Source: Macrostomum lignano
Lineage: Eukaryota
Length of the DNA: 64,000 bases
Assembly (NCBI GenBank): GCA_002269645.1
Contig: NIVC01001603.1
Location: 1 to 64,000 of the forward strand
Reading direction: 5' to 3'
The position numbers and the translations under genes are program-made. The notes under the pieces are model-generated. The model had not been told where the DNA came from. It did no database searches and saw only the letters and a program-made list of their open reading frames with translations. Shown one piece after another: positions 10,994 through 23,690 of this stretch. Within the stretch, counting starts at the first letter, position 1, and each line of letters begins with the position of its first letter.

Positions 10994-13622
10994 ATGCTTT
11001 GGAAATTGATTATTATCCATCTAGTGTGTGAATTTTTCGCTGTTCCGGTTATCGGTAAGATCTTACAATTGCCTCTTAAGTTTTTAATTTACGTGATTAG
11101 ATAGTAGCTCAAATCTGAAGTTATCTAAGCGGGGGCAAACTTTTGCGCTCGTGTGTACGAACAATAGAGGTGGATTTGTGCAGTTCTCATCCGGTCCATA
11201 AGGAGCTGCCATCTTGAAGCTACACTGTCTGATTATCAGAAAAGCACTTCTTCTTTGTCAACGCGGAGTTAAAGCAACGCTTTCTGAAAATTGGAAACTG
11301 AAAATCTTTTATATATAATATTCTATACCGATACCGTTCAAAACGCAATTACGCTTGTAGCAATCCACTCAAACATGCACAGTAGCGCAACCAGAAATTT
11401 TTCAAGGGGGGGGCGGATTCTGTGGGTAAAGTCCCGGGAGGGGGGGGCGGCGGAGGGGTGGCTCTGTTTTTGGCGAAAATTCGCTTGGTCCCCCCTTTGA
11501 TTTTTTTTCGGTCCCCGCCTAAGGGGGGGGCGACCGCCCCCCCGCCCCCCCCTGGTTGCGCCACTGAACATGCATCGAACATTTTTTCAGCCACTTGCAA
11601 CAAAACTCGTTACGCAAAACACGAAGGAGTCCTCGTCATCAACTCGTCTATCAGCAGCCAAGTGTCGAACTTCCCCGGGATGGCATCAAAGCAGGGCTGC
11701 CTGATGCTGTGCCGGGCGAAAGGCTGCGTTGCGTTGGAGTTCCAGAAGAGCAGCAAACTGTGCCGGCTGCTGCTGACGGTGCCAGAGGTGCCTGGGTCCG
11801 TCTGCAGTAACCAGACGAGACGTTTGGGAACCGAGGCCCAATCGATAGTGCTCAAGATTGAAAACCTTGATGAATTGATGGGCCTGAACACTAAATTCCA
11901 CGTGAGACGCTTCTTCACAAGTGAGACTTATTTTCAATGCTCTCTCGAGTTTCTATTGTGCGCAAATTCTGAATGAACAACAGACTTGGCATTGCAATAG
12001 TTCCGTTTCTTCAGACAATTAAAAGAAAAGAAGTACGATTTCTGCTGTGAAGAAATTTAACAGCATACATGTAGGCTCACTAAAGTTGATAAAATTGTCA
12101 AAATTGTCAAAAACACCTCCCTGTATTGAGTACCGAGCACTCTAACCCAATTAGGGTGACCGGGTACCGAGTACCGAGTATTGAGTACCGAGTACCGAGT
12201 ACCGAGTATTGAGTACCGACTACCGAGTACCGAGTATTGAGTACCGAGTACCGAGTACCGAGTACCGAGTACCGAGTACCGATTACTTAGCTGTGGCAGC
12301 TTATTTTTTAACATTCAACTTCACGGGAAAAATCACTTTCTGAAAGTTTATTTACTGTCTTTTCTATGAAGGAAAATCGTGAATATACTTTCAAATGTTC
12401 AATCCTGTCTAATATTTAATAGAATTATCTACTTTATTGACTATTAATCAACTTGAATATGGTTGTGTGCGATTTAATGGCACTTGTACGAGCTATCATT
12501 ATTGTTCTACTAGCGAATATAATAACTACCCATTCAGACGCTTCAACTGGTCGACATGGCGCCATACAGCAGATGACAATCAACGTGACTGGCTGCTATC
12601 GTGTCAAGACCGCCGGAGCCAAGGGTGGCGACAGCTTTGGTAGAAATCAGAAACACGGAGGTAGAGGAGCCCTGATCGCTGGCAATGCCATTCTGGCCGC
12701 GGGCACTCAGCTATCCATTGTTGTCGGACAGGCCGGAGGCACAGCGCATACTGACGAGTACGCTAGTGGTGGTGGTGGCGGAGGCAGCTTCGTGTACCGG
12801 ACATTGGACAATGGTCTGCTGATGGCTGCTGGCGGAGGCGGAGGCGCATCTTATCAGTACGATGGTGAGAGTTGTCGATCGATTTTTATATTTGACACTT
12901 TTTTTACCACCAGTCTTGTCAGTCAGTCAACAACTTGACAAACTGCATCTAACGCAGATATAGTTTATACCGCATCATCAACAATGACTCACTTTTTAGG
13001 ACGGCCAGGTGAGGCGGGAAATAACGGCACGGGATCTGTCGGTACGGAAGATGTAAGTCGGTGCGATTTGGAAAGTTGTCTTTTTTGAAGCTTTTCAAGT
13101 TAAAATTTTATAGGCCCTAACTTAAAAAATGAACACTAAGCTACTACTGCAACTAATGCTTTAATGATTTAAATGGTTGCATGGTTGCCTAATCAGATGG
13201 GCACCGGAGGCATCAATGGGAAGCCGGGCAGCAACAACCATAGCACTGCGGCTACCGATAGAAACCCTGGAGGCTGTGGAGCCGGCTGGCTTGGCAGGCC
13301 CACCATCGCCCGCACACGCAAAGAGTATGGAGACAGAGGCGGTAGTCGCGCCGACGGCTGGGTCGGCGGCAGCGCTGGAAAAGGCAGCCCCGCCGACGGC
13401 GGCTTCGGCGGTGGCGGAGGCGGAGGCGCGGCCGCCACAAAAGGAGCGGCAGGAGCCGGCGGAGGCTACAGCGGCGGCGGAGCCGGGAGTCGCCGCAGTT
13501 ACGCCGGAGGCGGCGGCGGCTCTTTCTGCGGTGGCATCGACTGCGTGGCTATCACGGGTGGCAACATAGGAAGCGAGCACGGCTTCGTGCTGCTACGACT
13601 GCTGGTCGGCGCCTGCAACTAG
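10994..13622 (+). CDS. Paralog B: secreted PAN/Apple-like + ALK/LTK-like glycine-rich domain protein (~398 aa)
   Basis: Exons 10994-11054 (MLWKLIIIHLVCEFFAVPVI, signal peptide), 11591-11920, 12538-12864, 13000-13052, 13197-13622. Same intron phases as A. The last acceptor is shifted 9 nt relative to its paralogs. 1197 nt open. Confidence 0.8.
11380..11566. mobile_element. hAT-type MITE in intron 1 of paralog B
   Basis: 15-bp TIRs cagtagcgcaaccag / ctggttgcgccactg (1 mismatch) and a perfect 8-bp TSD aacatgca (11372-11379, 11567-11574). Confidence 0.9.
12160..12282. repeat. 7-bp (GAGTACC)n minisatellite in intron 2 of B
   Basis: Direct reading. A short remnant persists in paralog C at ~19372-19398. 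Confidence 0.9.
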
Positions 13623-14189
13623 CCACTCTAGCTGTAACTTTTTCGGCAATACAAGTGCCTAACTTATGCGGAAACATTCGAACTCTGGTTACAGCTTGCA
13701 ATGACAACAACAGTGTCGAATAAAGATTTATGGTTGTTGCTAGGCAAAAGATAGAAAAAAGCCATCCAGTCAAAATACATTTAAGAGTTAATTTCACTAT
13801 GGCTTCAAATGAAGCAGGATGATGTGTAATAGCTAAACTCTGAGTATCGAAGAAAATTTGTTTGAAAATGGGAATCATCTGATGAGTTGGTTTAGCTGGT
13901 TCAGCAACTGCACTATCTTGAAGTCGAGCTCTCCAACAGCAGCGCACCGAGGCAAATCGGAAACTCCTCGGGTCTCGCCGCATTTGCCGCCTTCGCTTAT
14001 TTTTTTAGTGACCTTCTAGTGAAAGAAGCTTAAGAATTACTAAGATTAAGATTCGTTTTTTAATTAAAACCTTCGTGACCGTGAGCCAGATTTAAGCCGC
14101 TACTGAATTTAAGATTTACACGTCTCTGCAATTTACTCCGTCTTTGTCCTTGATCTAATAGGGTGAGGTGAAGCGTGTGATTTTTTTAT

Positions 14190-14500
14190 CAGGGGCGTCG
14201 CCATGGATTTTATGGTGGGGGGACAAAGCAAAGAATTTTACATGTACATGCATCGGACTAAATTCCTACATGTACACGATTTAGAGAGTCGGTGTTGTCA
14301 GCGCTCATTTTAGCGCCGCAGGTATTGATTTTAGCACTGCAGGTGCTATATTTAGGCGCCCTAAAACAAAATTATTGCTTTCCACAACGTGTCACATGGT
14401 GGGGTGGAGGGGGGGGGGGACAAACCATTGGCCTGTCCCCCCTTGGCTTTTATTTGGGGGGACATGTCCCCTTGTCCCCCCCCCCCCAGTGGCAACGCCC
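14190..14500. mobile_element. Probable degenerate MITE
   Basis: Ends caggggcgtcgcca / tggcaacgcccgtc are imperfect inverted repeats with G/C-run subterminal blocks. No clear TSD. Confidence 0.4.
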
Positions 14501-15112
14501 GTCTTTGATCATACATAATCCACAGGCAAGAAAATGAGGCAATACAATACCCTTGTACCAGCTTCTTACCATGCATTCACCGCGGTTTAACTCTTATCTA
14601 AATTCCTTGCTGGCAGTAACTTAAGTTAAAAATATGCATAACAAAGCATATTCCAGGGCAAAAAAAGTTATGAATATAACTGATGTTTTGTCTATTTCAG
14701 TCGATCTAAAATTTTAGGACAGCAAAAAATTAAGCATACTGAATATACATTTAATCATCTCTTTGCCAGCGTACATCCAGTAGATCGTATATCTGCGAAT
14801 CTGATTCGACAATTACGTCCTAGTTACATTTTGGGAAAGAGAATTGTGCATAAAATTGTGATAGTTCGTTCTGCCACGATAGTGCAATTCAATATTTTCA
14901 CAAAAGTATTATTCAAATGAACGTTTTGTAAAGCGAGCCTCGCTGTTTAAATTTTCGAAATACATGTAGGTTTTCATTTTTTGTTAAAATTCTTACAAAA
15001 ACAAAAACAGTATTATTCAATGAAGTACTTAAAGACAACGAAAATGTGCTACAAAAGAAAATAAATTCCGGTTAGTTTCTCAATTTAGTCAAGGTTTCCG
15101 TCCGTCTTGGAG

Positions 15113-16286
15113 TCAAGCCTGTAGGCTAGCGAAATTGTTCATCTGCTGCAAGTCTGGATCTGTAGGACCCGAGCGACTAGAGTCTTCACTGCAATTGCTG
15201 CAACGCTGCACACGGAACAGAGTCACGAACCGCTGCCGATAATTTGGGTTCTTCCAGAGCAGAAGCAGCCAGTTGCCGCTTTGGTTGAAGATGACCAGCG
15301 CCTCGCTTACTTTCGAAATTTTCACCAGAGCGCGCAGAAGCTGAGCATCTGCCACCGTGTCATATTCTCGAATAAATTCAACTGCAAGAATGATGAGAAC
15401 ACTCGGCAGAGAGCACAGAGCGAGAAGGACAGACATGGCTACGCACAGAATTGTGTTAGACATCTTGTCTCTTTCCTCAGCAGCTGTTCCAAGCGAAGCC
15501 GAGAGCTGACGGTGCTGTCGCAAGATGGCGACCAGCTTGAAGACCAAGTAGCAATTCGCGAGCAGCACGCAGAGTATCGGCAGAGTCGGAGGCTGCAAGA
15601 ACAGCACCATGTACAGTGTATACACTCAGCAAGGTTCGGAGTGCACCTTGGATGCTGGAGTAAACTTTGCAGATCGTCATCATGGGTCCAGTGGGTCCAA
15701 ACTGCAACTCGTCCCAGCCGTACGCAGCCAGACAGACGGAGCTCAGTGCCAATGAAGCCGCGACAGCTGCACCACAAACTCGCCAGGCCGTGCGGTGCGA
15801 CACAACTTGGAAGCGAAACGGCATGGCCAGGCACAGAGCTCGGTCCAGCACCATCGCCAGAAAGATGCACATCGACTGCAGGCTGAGCCACTTCTGAGCG
15901 AAACGATGCACAGTGCAAACTGTAGAAGAGTAGTTTGACACGATAAAGCCCAGTCGACCGCCGCTCACCCACGGCAGCCCTCGAGTGAGAAGCAGGTCAA
16001 GGCAGCCAGATACCAGCAGGGAGGCGTTGTCAGCAATCGCCATGGCGCCCAGGTAAACGTTTAGCCGGGAGCGCTCTGCACCGCGACCCAGCGTGATCCA
16101 GGCCGTGATGCAGTTGCCAAAGAGTCCGGACACGATCACCAGAGGCAGCAGCAGGCCGGTCACAATGCCGTAGGCTGTGCTGATGGGGCAGAAGATGCGT
16201 CGATTTGGCGCATTCGGCAGGCAGTCGACAAAGACGCCCTTGAGAGTGGCGTAGAATTGCGTCCTTACGACGGACGAGTTCGCCAT
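15113..16286 (-). pseudogene. Single-exon rhodopsin-family (class A, peptide-receptor-like) GPCR with one frameshift at the start of TM5
   Basis: Frame 1: TM1 GLFGN, TM2 AMAIAD, TM3 C...MVLDRALCLAMPF, TM4, ECL2 Cys. Frame 2: TM5 LYMVLFLQPPTLPILCVLLANCYLV, TM6, TM7 NQSGNWLLLLWKNPNYRQRF. The frames switch at ~15615-15627. Confidence 0.85.
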
Positions 16287-16669
16287 GGTTTGTCAGGGGA
16301 AGTTGAGGTTGCCTTCGATCTTGGTTTAGCGATGCAGTCTTTATATACGCAGGCGGGTCAGGAACGCCTCTAGCTGTAGATAACTGCTTTCGTTTGATGG
16401 GATTATCCTTTTCATTTTTACCTATCCCAGGATCAATTTAAACTGAAGAAGCAATATTTCTTAAAAAGTAATCGAAAGTTGAAAGGGGTATTAATCTGTG
16501 TTTTTTTTAATTGTCCAGAAGTCTTTGACGTCGAGAATAACCAATTCTGACTGTTATTTGCTGGAATATGCATCGTTTCTTATTAAAAAGCAAAGAACCG
16601 AGATTACTGGAGGCAGTTTGTCTGATCTAAGCAGACAAGGCTGCAAGAAGGTTTTTTACCACATTGTTC

Positions 16670-16925
16670 GGGGGTGTCCCTGTCTCTTGCTTGGCGTCCC
16701 TGTCTCTTTATTGCCATTCCTATGTCTTGTTGGGCGTCCCTGTCTCTTAGTGGGCGTCCCTGTCTCTTGATAGGCATCCTTGTCTCTTGGTGGACGCACC
16801 TGTCTCTTGGTGCCCTACAGCCTCTCTCCTTCTCTCTCCTTCTCCCTGCCGCCTCTCCTTCTCTCTCCTTCTCCCTGCAGCCTCTCTCCTTCTCCCTGCA
16901 GCCTCTCCTTCTCTCTCCTTTTCTC
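16670..16925. repeat. Low-complexity tandem repeats (gggcgtccctgtctctt-type followed by CT-rich cctctctccttctccctg-type)
   Basis: Direct reading. The CT-rich unit recurs at 39390-39650. Confidence 0.8.
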
Positions 16926-17633
16926 TGCTTACTTAGGCACGATCCAAAGAAGCAAGAAGCGGTAGCCCCCTGATATCTCACTGTTGTTATATCTTCCAGT
17001 CAGATCATGAAGCAAAGAGAATTGTAACTGTTATGAGTCAACGCGTAAATTTCTTTAACACAGTAATTAGATTTCCATTCTAGAAGCTAAATTAGACTTT
17101 TTATCTTTATTTTACATGTATATTGTTTAGTCCAATAAGGAGATTCGAGATTCTGGAATAACTCCGCATGCTGATTAAACATATAAAAATTGTAATGAAC
17201 ATTAGCGAAAAATCAATACTAACGAAGTGCAGTTTTATAGGTAATTATAGTAGGCTGATACATGTGTATGTCTATCAATTCATCTGTCAATAGTCCAATA
17301 AATAGTCCATACGAGCGTACGTATAACATTTCGAGTCAGAAAGGGCCTGTTCACATATCTTTAAACAATCAAGTATACTGGCAAATAGTACTACACCACG
17401 TATTTATCGTCTTGGAGGCAAAATTATACAAACCATGATCGTAAGGGCGTACTGCAACTTTTGCTGCACAGGTGTGTTAAAGTAATCGTGTGCTTTAAAA
17501 TTTCCCGTCTGTTATAATGTAAAATTTTTATAGAAGGGTTGTTCAAACCGCTACTCAATGACTGTAACCAGAGTTCGATATTTTCCGCATAAGATAGTCA
17601 CTTTTATTGCTGCAAAAGTTACCGTTAGAGTTA

Positions 17634-20010
17634 CTACTTGCAGGAGCCGTCGACCAGCAGTCGCAGCATCATGAAGCCGTGCTCGCTGGCCGTGTGCACC
17701 CGTGGTGGCCACGCAGCCGCTGCCACCGCAGAAAGAGCCGCCGCCGCCTCCGGCGTAACTGCTGCGAGTCCCAGGTCCGCCGCCGCTGCAGCCTCCGCAG
17801 GCTCCTGCCGCTCCTTTTATGGCAGCCGCGCCTCTGCCTCCACCACCGCCGAAGCCACCGTCAGCTGGGCTGCCTTTTCCAGCGCTGCCACCGACCCAGC
17901 CGTCGGTGCGACTACCGCCTCTGTCTCTGTACGAGATGCTTGCGCGGGCGGCGGCGGGCTTGCCAAGCCAACCGGCTCCGCAGCCACCAGGCTAGGGTTT
18001 CTTTCGGCAGCCGCAGTGCTTTGGTCGTTGCTGCGCGGTTGTCCGTTGGCGCCTCCGATGCCCATCTGATTCGGCTGCAACCATTTAAATATACCAAAGT
18101 ATTGCTGTTTCACTGAGCGAAATTAAATTGTATGCTCAGAAGTGCTACTACTTTGAGTAGTAACGTTTTGGTGATTTTTAAAGCAAGGGCTTATAAAATT
18201 TTACCTACGAAGTCTAAACACTTCATGAAAAAAAAACTTTCTAAATCGCACCGACTTACATCTTCGGTACCGACAGATCCCGTTGCGTTATTTCCCGCCT
18301 CACCTGACTGTCCTAAAAAGTGAGTCATAGTTGACGATGCGGTATAAACTACGTCTGAATTTGATGCATATTGTCAAGTTGTTGACAAAAATCAATCGAA
18401 AACTCTCACTAACGTACTGATAAGATGCGCCTCCGCCTCCGCTAGCAGCCATCAGCAGACCATTGTCCAATGTCCGGTACACGAAGCTGCCTCCGCCACC
18501 ACCACCGCCAGCGCACTCGTTGGTATGCGCTGTGCCTCCGGCCTATCCGACAACAATGGACAGCTGAGTGCCCGCGGCCAGAATGACATTGCCAGCGATC
18601 AGGGCTCCTCTACCTCCGTGTTTCTGATTTCTACCAAAGCTGTCGCCACCCTTGGCTCCGGCGATCTTGACATGATAGCAGCCAGTCACGCTGATTGTCA
18701 TCTGCTGTATGGCACCATGTCGACCAGTTGAAGTGTCTGAATGGGTAGTTATTTTTCACTCGTAGAACAATAATGATAGAAGTGCCATAAAAGCACTCAC
18801 AACCATATCTAATAAAGCCTAATCGAGTTGATTCATAGTCAACCAAGTGGATAATTGGATTACATATTCGACGAGATTAAAAATTTCAATGTAATTTTCA
18901 CGATCTATTTTTGTAGAAAAGGCAACAAATCAACTTTCAAAAAGTGATTTTTCCCGTGAAGTTGAAGATAAAAATAAGCTACGTATCTCAGTTACTTATT
19001 TTATTAGAGGCAGGGGGGTTGTGTGCATCCTGGCGCACTTTAAGCGACATAGGCACACAACCGGCGAGAGGCATTACTGCCCATTCCGCTGACTCCCCTG
19101 AGCAGGCATACAAGCGCGCGGATACGTACGCAGGCACACACTCACACAGGAGTGTACAGCGGCCCTAACTTTATATTATCGTTAGGCATTTACACTTCAC
19201 TGCGCCTTAGGGGGTTGGCTCTCAAGGCCGTTAATTGCATGAGCAGAGCCAAGCCGAGATTCCAATTCAGCCCCAAATTAATGTGACTGCACTTGGAATC
19301 GAGCCTGGGTCGCTGGCACACCAGAGCAGCTGCGCTACCGCTGGGCTACGGCCCCCCTAGCTACGTATCTCAGTACTCGGTACGTGGTACTCGGTACTCT
19401 TTAAATATACTCAGCAAAATTTAAATCCATGCGCAGTGAGCAAATTTCTTGGGCTATTCTGAAATAAAAGGTACGAGAAAACTGAGGGGTAGCTTTAATC
19501 CGTCCAGCCCTCGCACACCGCTCCCCTTACTTCATTCCTCAACTCGCAAAGATTGAGAGACTTCAGCTGCACTCTCACAAGTGGCGACAACAGACGGAAT
19601 CTTCTGTGCTGGCAAATTTTTATTAGGAACTGTGTAGAATATCAACTGAAGTGAGCTTATGTTGTTGCATTTCGTCTCCGCAGAAATCGTTTCTTTCGAT
19701 TTTTTATTGTCTGCAAAAACGGGTATATTGAAACTTCAAGTCTGTTAGTCTCGACTAAATCGAGAGAGCATTGACAATAAGTCTCACTCGTGACGAAGCA
19801 TCTCATGTTGATTTTAGAGTCCAGGCCCATTAATTCATCAAGGTTTAAAATCTTGAGCACTATCAATTGAGCTTCGGTTCTCAAACGTCTCGTCTTGTTG
19901 CTGGCGACGGACCCTGACACCTCTGGTACCGTCAGCAGCAGCCGGCACAGTTTGCTGCTCTTCTGGAACTCCAACGCAACGCAGCCTTTCACCCGGCACA
20001 GCATCAGGCA
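17634..20010 (-). pseudogene. Paralog C: pseudogene copy of B
   Basis: Exon remnants 19788-20010 (half of the PAN exon), 18410-18736, 18260-18312, 17634-18080. Lesions: 1594-bp deletion removing the signal exon; CAG>TAG at 18543-18545; 5-nt insertion at 17989-17993. Confidence 0.9.
18993..19358 (-). mobile_element. Full-length tRNA-derived SINE inserted in intron 2 of pseudogene C
   Basis: Minus-strand head gggggccgtagcccagcggtag...ggctcgattcc and tail ...ctaataaaataagta. 16-bp TSD agctacgtatctcagt at 18977-18992 and 19359-19374. Absent from B. Confidence 0.9.
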
Positions 20011-20599
20011 AATACATGACAATAACCAATTGTTTTACTATTGATTTACTCATTCATGTTAAACGTACGAGTAGAGAGTTTTTACCACTGGCTGACAGCA
20101 AAATACGAGTTGTATGTTCAATTGAGGATAAAGTTACTTAATCCCCTTATTCGATTCTAAGCTACAGTTACTTTTGATTGTTAAAGAAGCAACCGATTTT
20201 GTTCGAACTTAATCGAATAACTTTTTGGAAGAGAACGCAAGAAATTCATTATCTGCTTTGACGCACTTTATAGCTCGTAAAGAGCTATCAATGGATGAGT
20301 ACAGTGCGTAACTTTATGTAAATGTTTTGCCAAAGTATTCGATGTTTATACTTTAACTATTTTGCAAAAAGTACACAAATCGTTTTTGCTCCAGACAAAA
20401 GTATGCATTTACGAGTAGTATTGGACAGAGATAAATAATCCAATACAGTATAGATATAGATCATAACTAGCAATCTTCGCCCCCCGTTGGGGGACATCTG
20501 TATAGAATCTCTGCTCTCTACAAGTAACAAAAAGATAGCCAAATAAAGCATTCACAAAGAAAACAGACAAAATACTTAAATGAAGTGTAATGCAAAAAG

Positions 20600-21115
20600 A
20601 CAGCAAGCATCCCCCAGATAGCAAGCATCCCCCAGATTGCAAGCATCCCCCGGATAGCAAGCATCCCCCAGATAGCAAGCATCCCCCAGATAGCAAGCAT
20701 CCCCCAGATAGCAAGCATCCCCCAGATAGCAAGCATCCCCCAGATAGCAAGCATCCCCCAGATAGCAAGCATCCCCCAGATAGCAAGCATCCCCCAGATA
20801 GCAAGCATCCCCAGATAGATAGCATCCCCCAAATAGCAAGCATCCCCCAGATAGCAAGCATCCCCAGATAGATAGCATCCCCCAAATAGCAAGCATCCCC
20901 CAGATAGCAAGCATCCCCAAGGTAGCAAGCACCCCCCAGATAGCAAGCATCCCCAGATAGCAAGCACCCCCCAGATAGCAAGGATCCCCAGAAAGCAAGC
21001 ATCCCAAGATAGCAAGCTTCCCCCAGATAGCAAGCATCCCCCAGATAGCAAGCATCTTCCAGAGAGCAAGCTCCCCCAGATAGATAGCATCCCCAAATAG
21101 CAAGCATCCACCAGA
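20600..21115. repeat. 18-bp minisatellite (atagcaagcatcccccag)n
   Basis: Direct reading. Also at ~24422-25220 and, reverse-complemented, at ~63330-63845. Confidence 0.95.
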
Positions 21116-21194
21116 CAATAAGTAGCTAGTGCGACAATTTCCTTAGCATTATAGTGGCTAAGGATTCGCTTATTTTTACGTTTGAAATTGTGTA

Positions 21195-23690
21195 TCTTTT
21201 ATGTTTGGCATGGTGGCTCTTTAATGTTTGACATGGTGGCTCTTTTATGTTGACATGGTGGCTCTTTTATACTTGACATGGTGGCTCTTTACTGTTCGAA
21301 ATGGTGGCTCTTTTATGTTTGACATGGTGGCTCTTTTAGGTTTGACATGATGGCACTATTATGTTTGACATGGTGGCTTTTTAATGTTTGACATGTTGGC
21401 TCTTTAATGTTAGACAAAGTGGCTTTTTAATGTTTGACATGGTGGCTCTTTTATGTTCGACATGGTGGCTTTTTACTGTTTGAAATGGTGGCTCTTTAAT
21501 GTTCTACATGGTAACTGTTTTATGTTTGATACGGTGGCTTTTTAATGTCTGACATGGTGGCTATTTTATGTTTGACATGGTGGCTCTTCTATGTTTAACA
21601 TGGTGGATCTTAAATGTTAGACACGGTGACTCTATAATGTTCAACATGGTGGCTCTTTAATTAATATTCTATATGGTGGCTCTTTTTTGTTCGACATGGT
21701 GGCTCTTTAATGTTTTACATGGTGGCTCTTAAATGTTTGACATGGTGGCTCTTAAATGTTTGACATGGTAGCTCTTTAATATTCTACATTGTGGCTCTTA
21801 AGTGTTCGAAATTGTGGATCTTTTAGGTTTGACATGATGGCTGTTTAATGTTCAACATAGTGGCTCTTTAATATTCTACATGGTGGCTCTTTTATGTTTA
21901 ACATGGTGGCTCTTAAATGTTTGACATGGTGGCTCTTTAATGTTCGAAATGGAGGCTCTTTTGTTTTACATGGTGGCTCTTTAATGTTTGACATGGTGGC
22001 TCTTTAATGTTTGACATAAAGTCACTTATATGTTCGAAATGGTGGCTCTTTAATATTTTACATTGTGGCTCTTAAGTGTTCGACATGGTGGCTCTTTTAG
22101 GTTTAACATGGTGGCTCTTTTAGGTTTAACATGGTGGCTCTTTTAGGTTTAACATGGTGGCTCTTTTAGGTTTAACATGGTGGCTCTTTTAGGTTTAACA
22201 TGGTGGCTCTTTTAGGTTTAACATGGTGGCTCTTAAATGTTCGACATGGTGGCTCTTTAATGTTCGACATGGTGGCTCTTTAATATTCTTCATGTTATAG
22301 CTCTTTCATGTTTGACATGGTGGCTCTTTTATGGTCGACATGGTGGCTCTTTAATGTTCGAAATGGTGGCTCTTTAATGTTTGACATGTTGGCTCTTTTA
22401 TGTTTGACATGTTGGCTCTTTTATGTTTGACATGGTGGATATTTAATGTTCGAAATAGTGGCTCTTTTATGGTCGACATGGTGGCTCTTTAATGTTCGAA
22501 ATGGTGGCTCTTTAATGTTCGAAATAGTGGCTCTTTTATTTTCGACATGGTGGCTCTTTTAGGTTTGACATGGTGGCTCTTTAATGTTCGACATGGTGGC
22601 TCTTTAATGTTTGACATGGTGGCTCTTTAATGTTTTACATGGTTGCTCTTTTTTGTTCGACATGGTGGCTCTTTAATGTTTGACATGGTAGCTCTGTTAT
22701 GTCCGAAATGGTGGCTCTTTAATGTTTGACATAAAGTCACATATATGTTTGACATGGTGGCTCTTAAATGTTTGACATGGTGGCTCTTTATGTTTGACAT
22801 GTTGGCTCTTTTATGTTCGAAATGGTGGCTCTTTTTTGTTCTACATGTTAACTCTTTTTATTTGATACGGTGGCTTTTTTAATGTCTGACATGTTGGCTC
22901 TTTAATGTTCGACAAAGTGGCTCTTAAATGTTTGACATAGTGGCTCTTCAATGTTTGACAATGTGGCTTTTGAATGTTTGACATGGTAGCTCTGTTATGT
23001 TCGACATGGTGGCTCTTCTAGGTTTGACACGAAGGCTCTTAAATGTTTAACATGGTGGCTCTTTAATGTTTCACATGGTGGCTCTTTAATGTTTTACATG
23101 GTGGCTCTTTTATGTTTGACTTGGTAGCTCTTTGTTATTTTACATGGCAGCTCTTTTATGTTCGACATGGTGGCTCTTTAATATTCTTCATGTTATAGCT
23201 CTTTCATGTTTGACATGGTGGCTCTTTAATGTTCGAAATGGTGGCTCTTTAATGTTTAACACAAAGTCACATATATGTTTGACATGGTGGCTCTTAAATG
23301 TTTGACATGGTGGCTCTTTATGTTTGACATGTTGGCTCTTTTATGTTTGACATGTTGGCTCTTTTATGTTTGACATGGTGGCTCTTTAATGTTCGAAAAA
23401 GTGGCTCCTAAATGTTTGACATAGTGGCTCTTTGATGTTCGAAATAGTGACTCTTTTATTTTCGACATGGTGGCTCTTTAATGTTCGAAATGGTGGCTGT
23501 TTAATGTTAGAAATGGTGGCTCTTTTATGTTTGACATAAAGTCACTTATATGTTTTATATGGTGCCTCTTAAATATTAGACATGGTGGCTCGTTTAGGTT
23601 TGACATGGTGGCTCTTTAATATTCGATATGTTAGCTCTTTTATGTTCGACATGGTGGCTCTTCTATGTTTGACATTGCGCTTCTTTTATG
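21195..23690. repeat. 23-bp minisatellite (tgtttgacatggtggctctttaa)n
   Basis: Direct reading. Also at ~25310-26460 and, reverse-complemented, at ~62865-63245. Confidence 0.95.

Noticed and set aside
15615-15626. Programmed ribosomal frameshift in the GPCR
   Set aside because: No slippery heptamer or downstream structure; a simple indel is more parsimonious.
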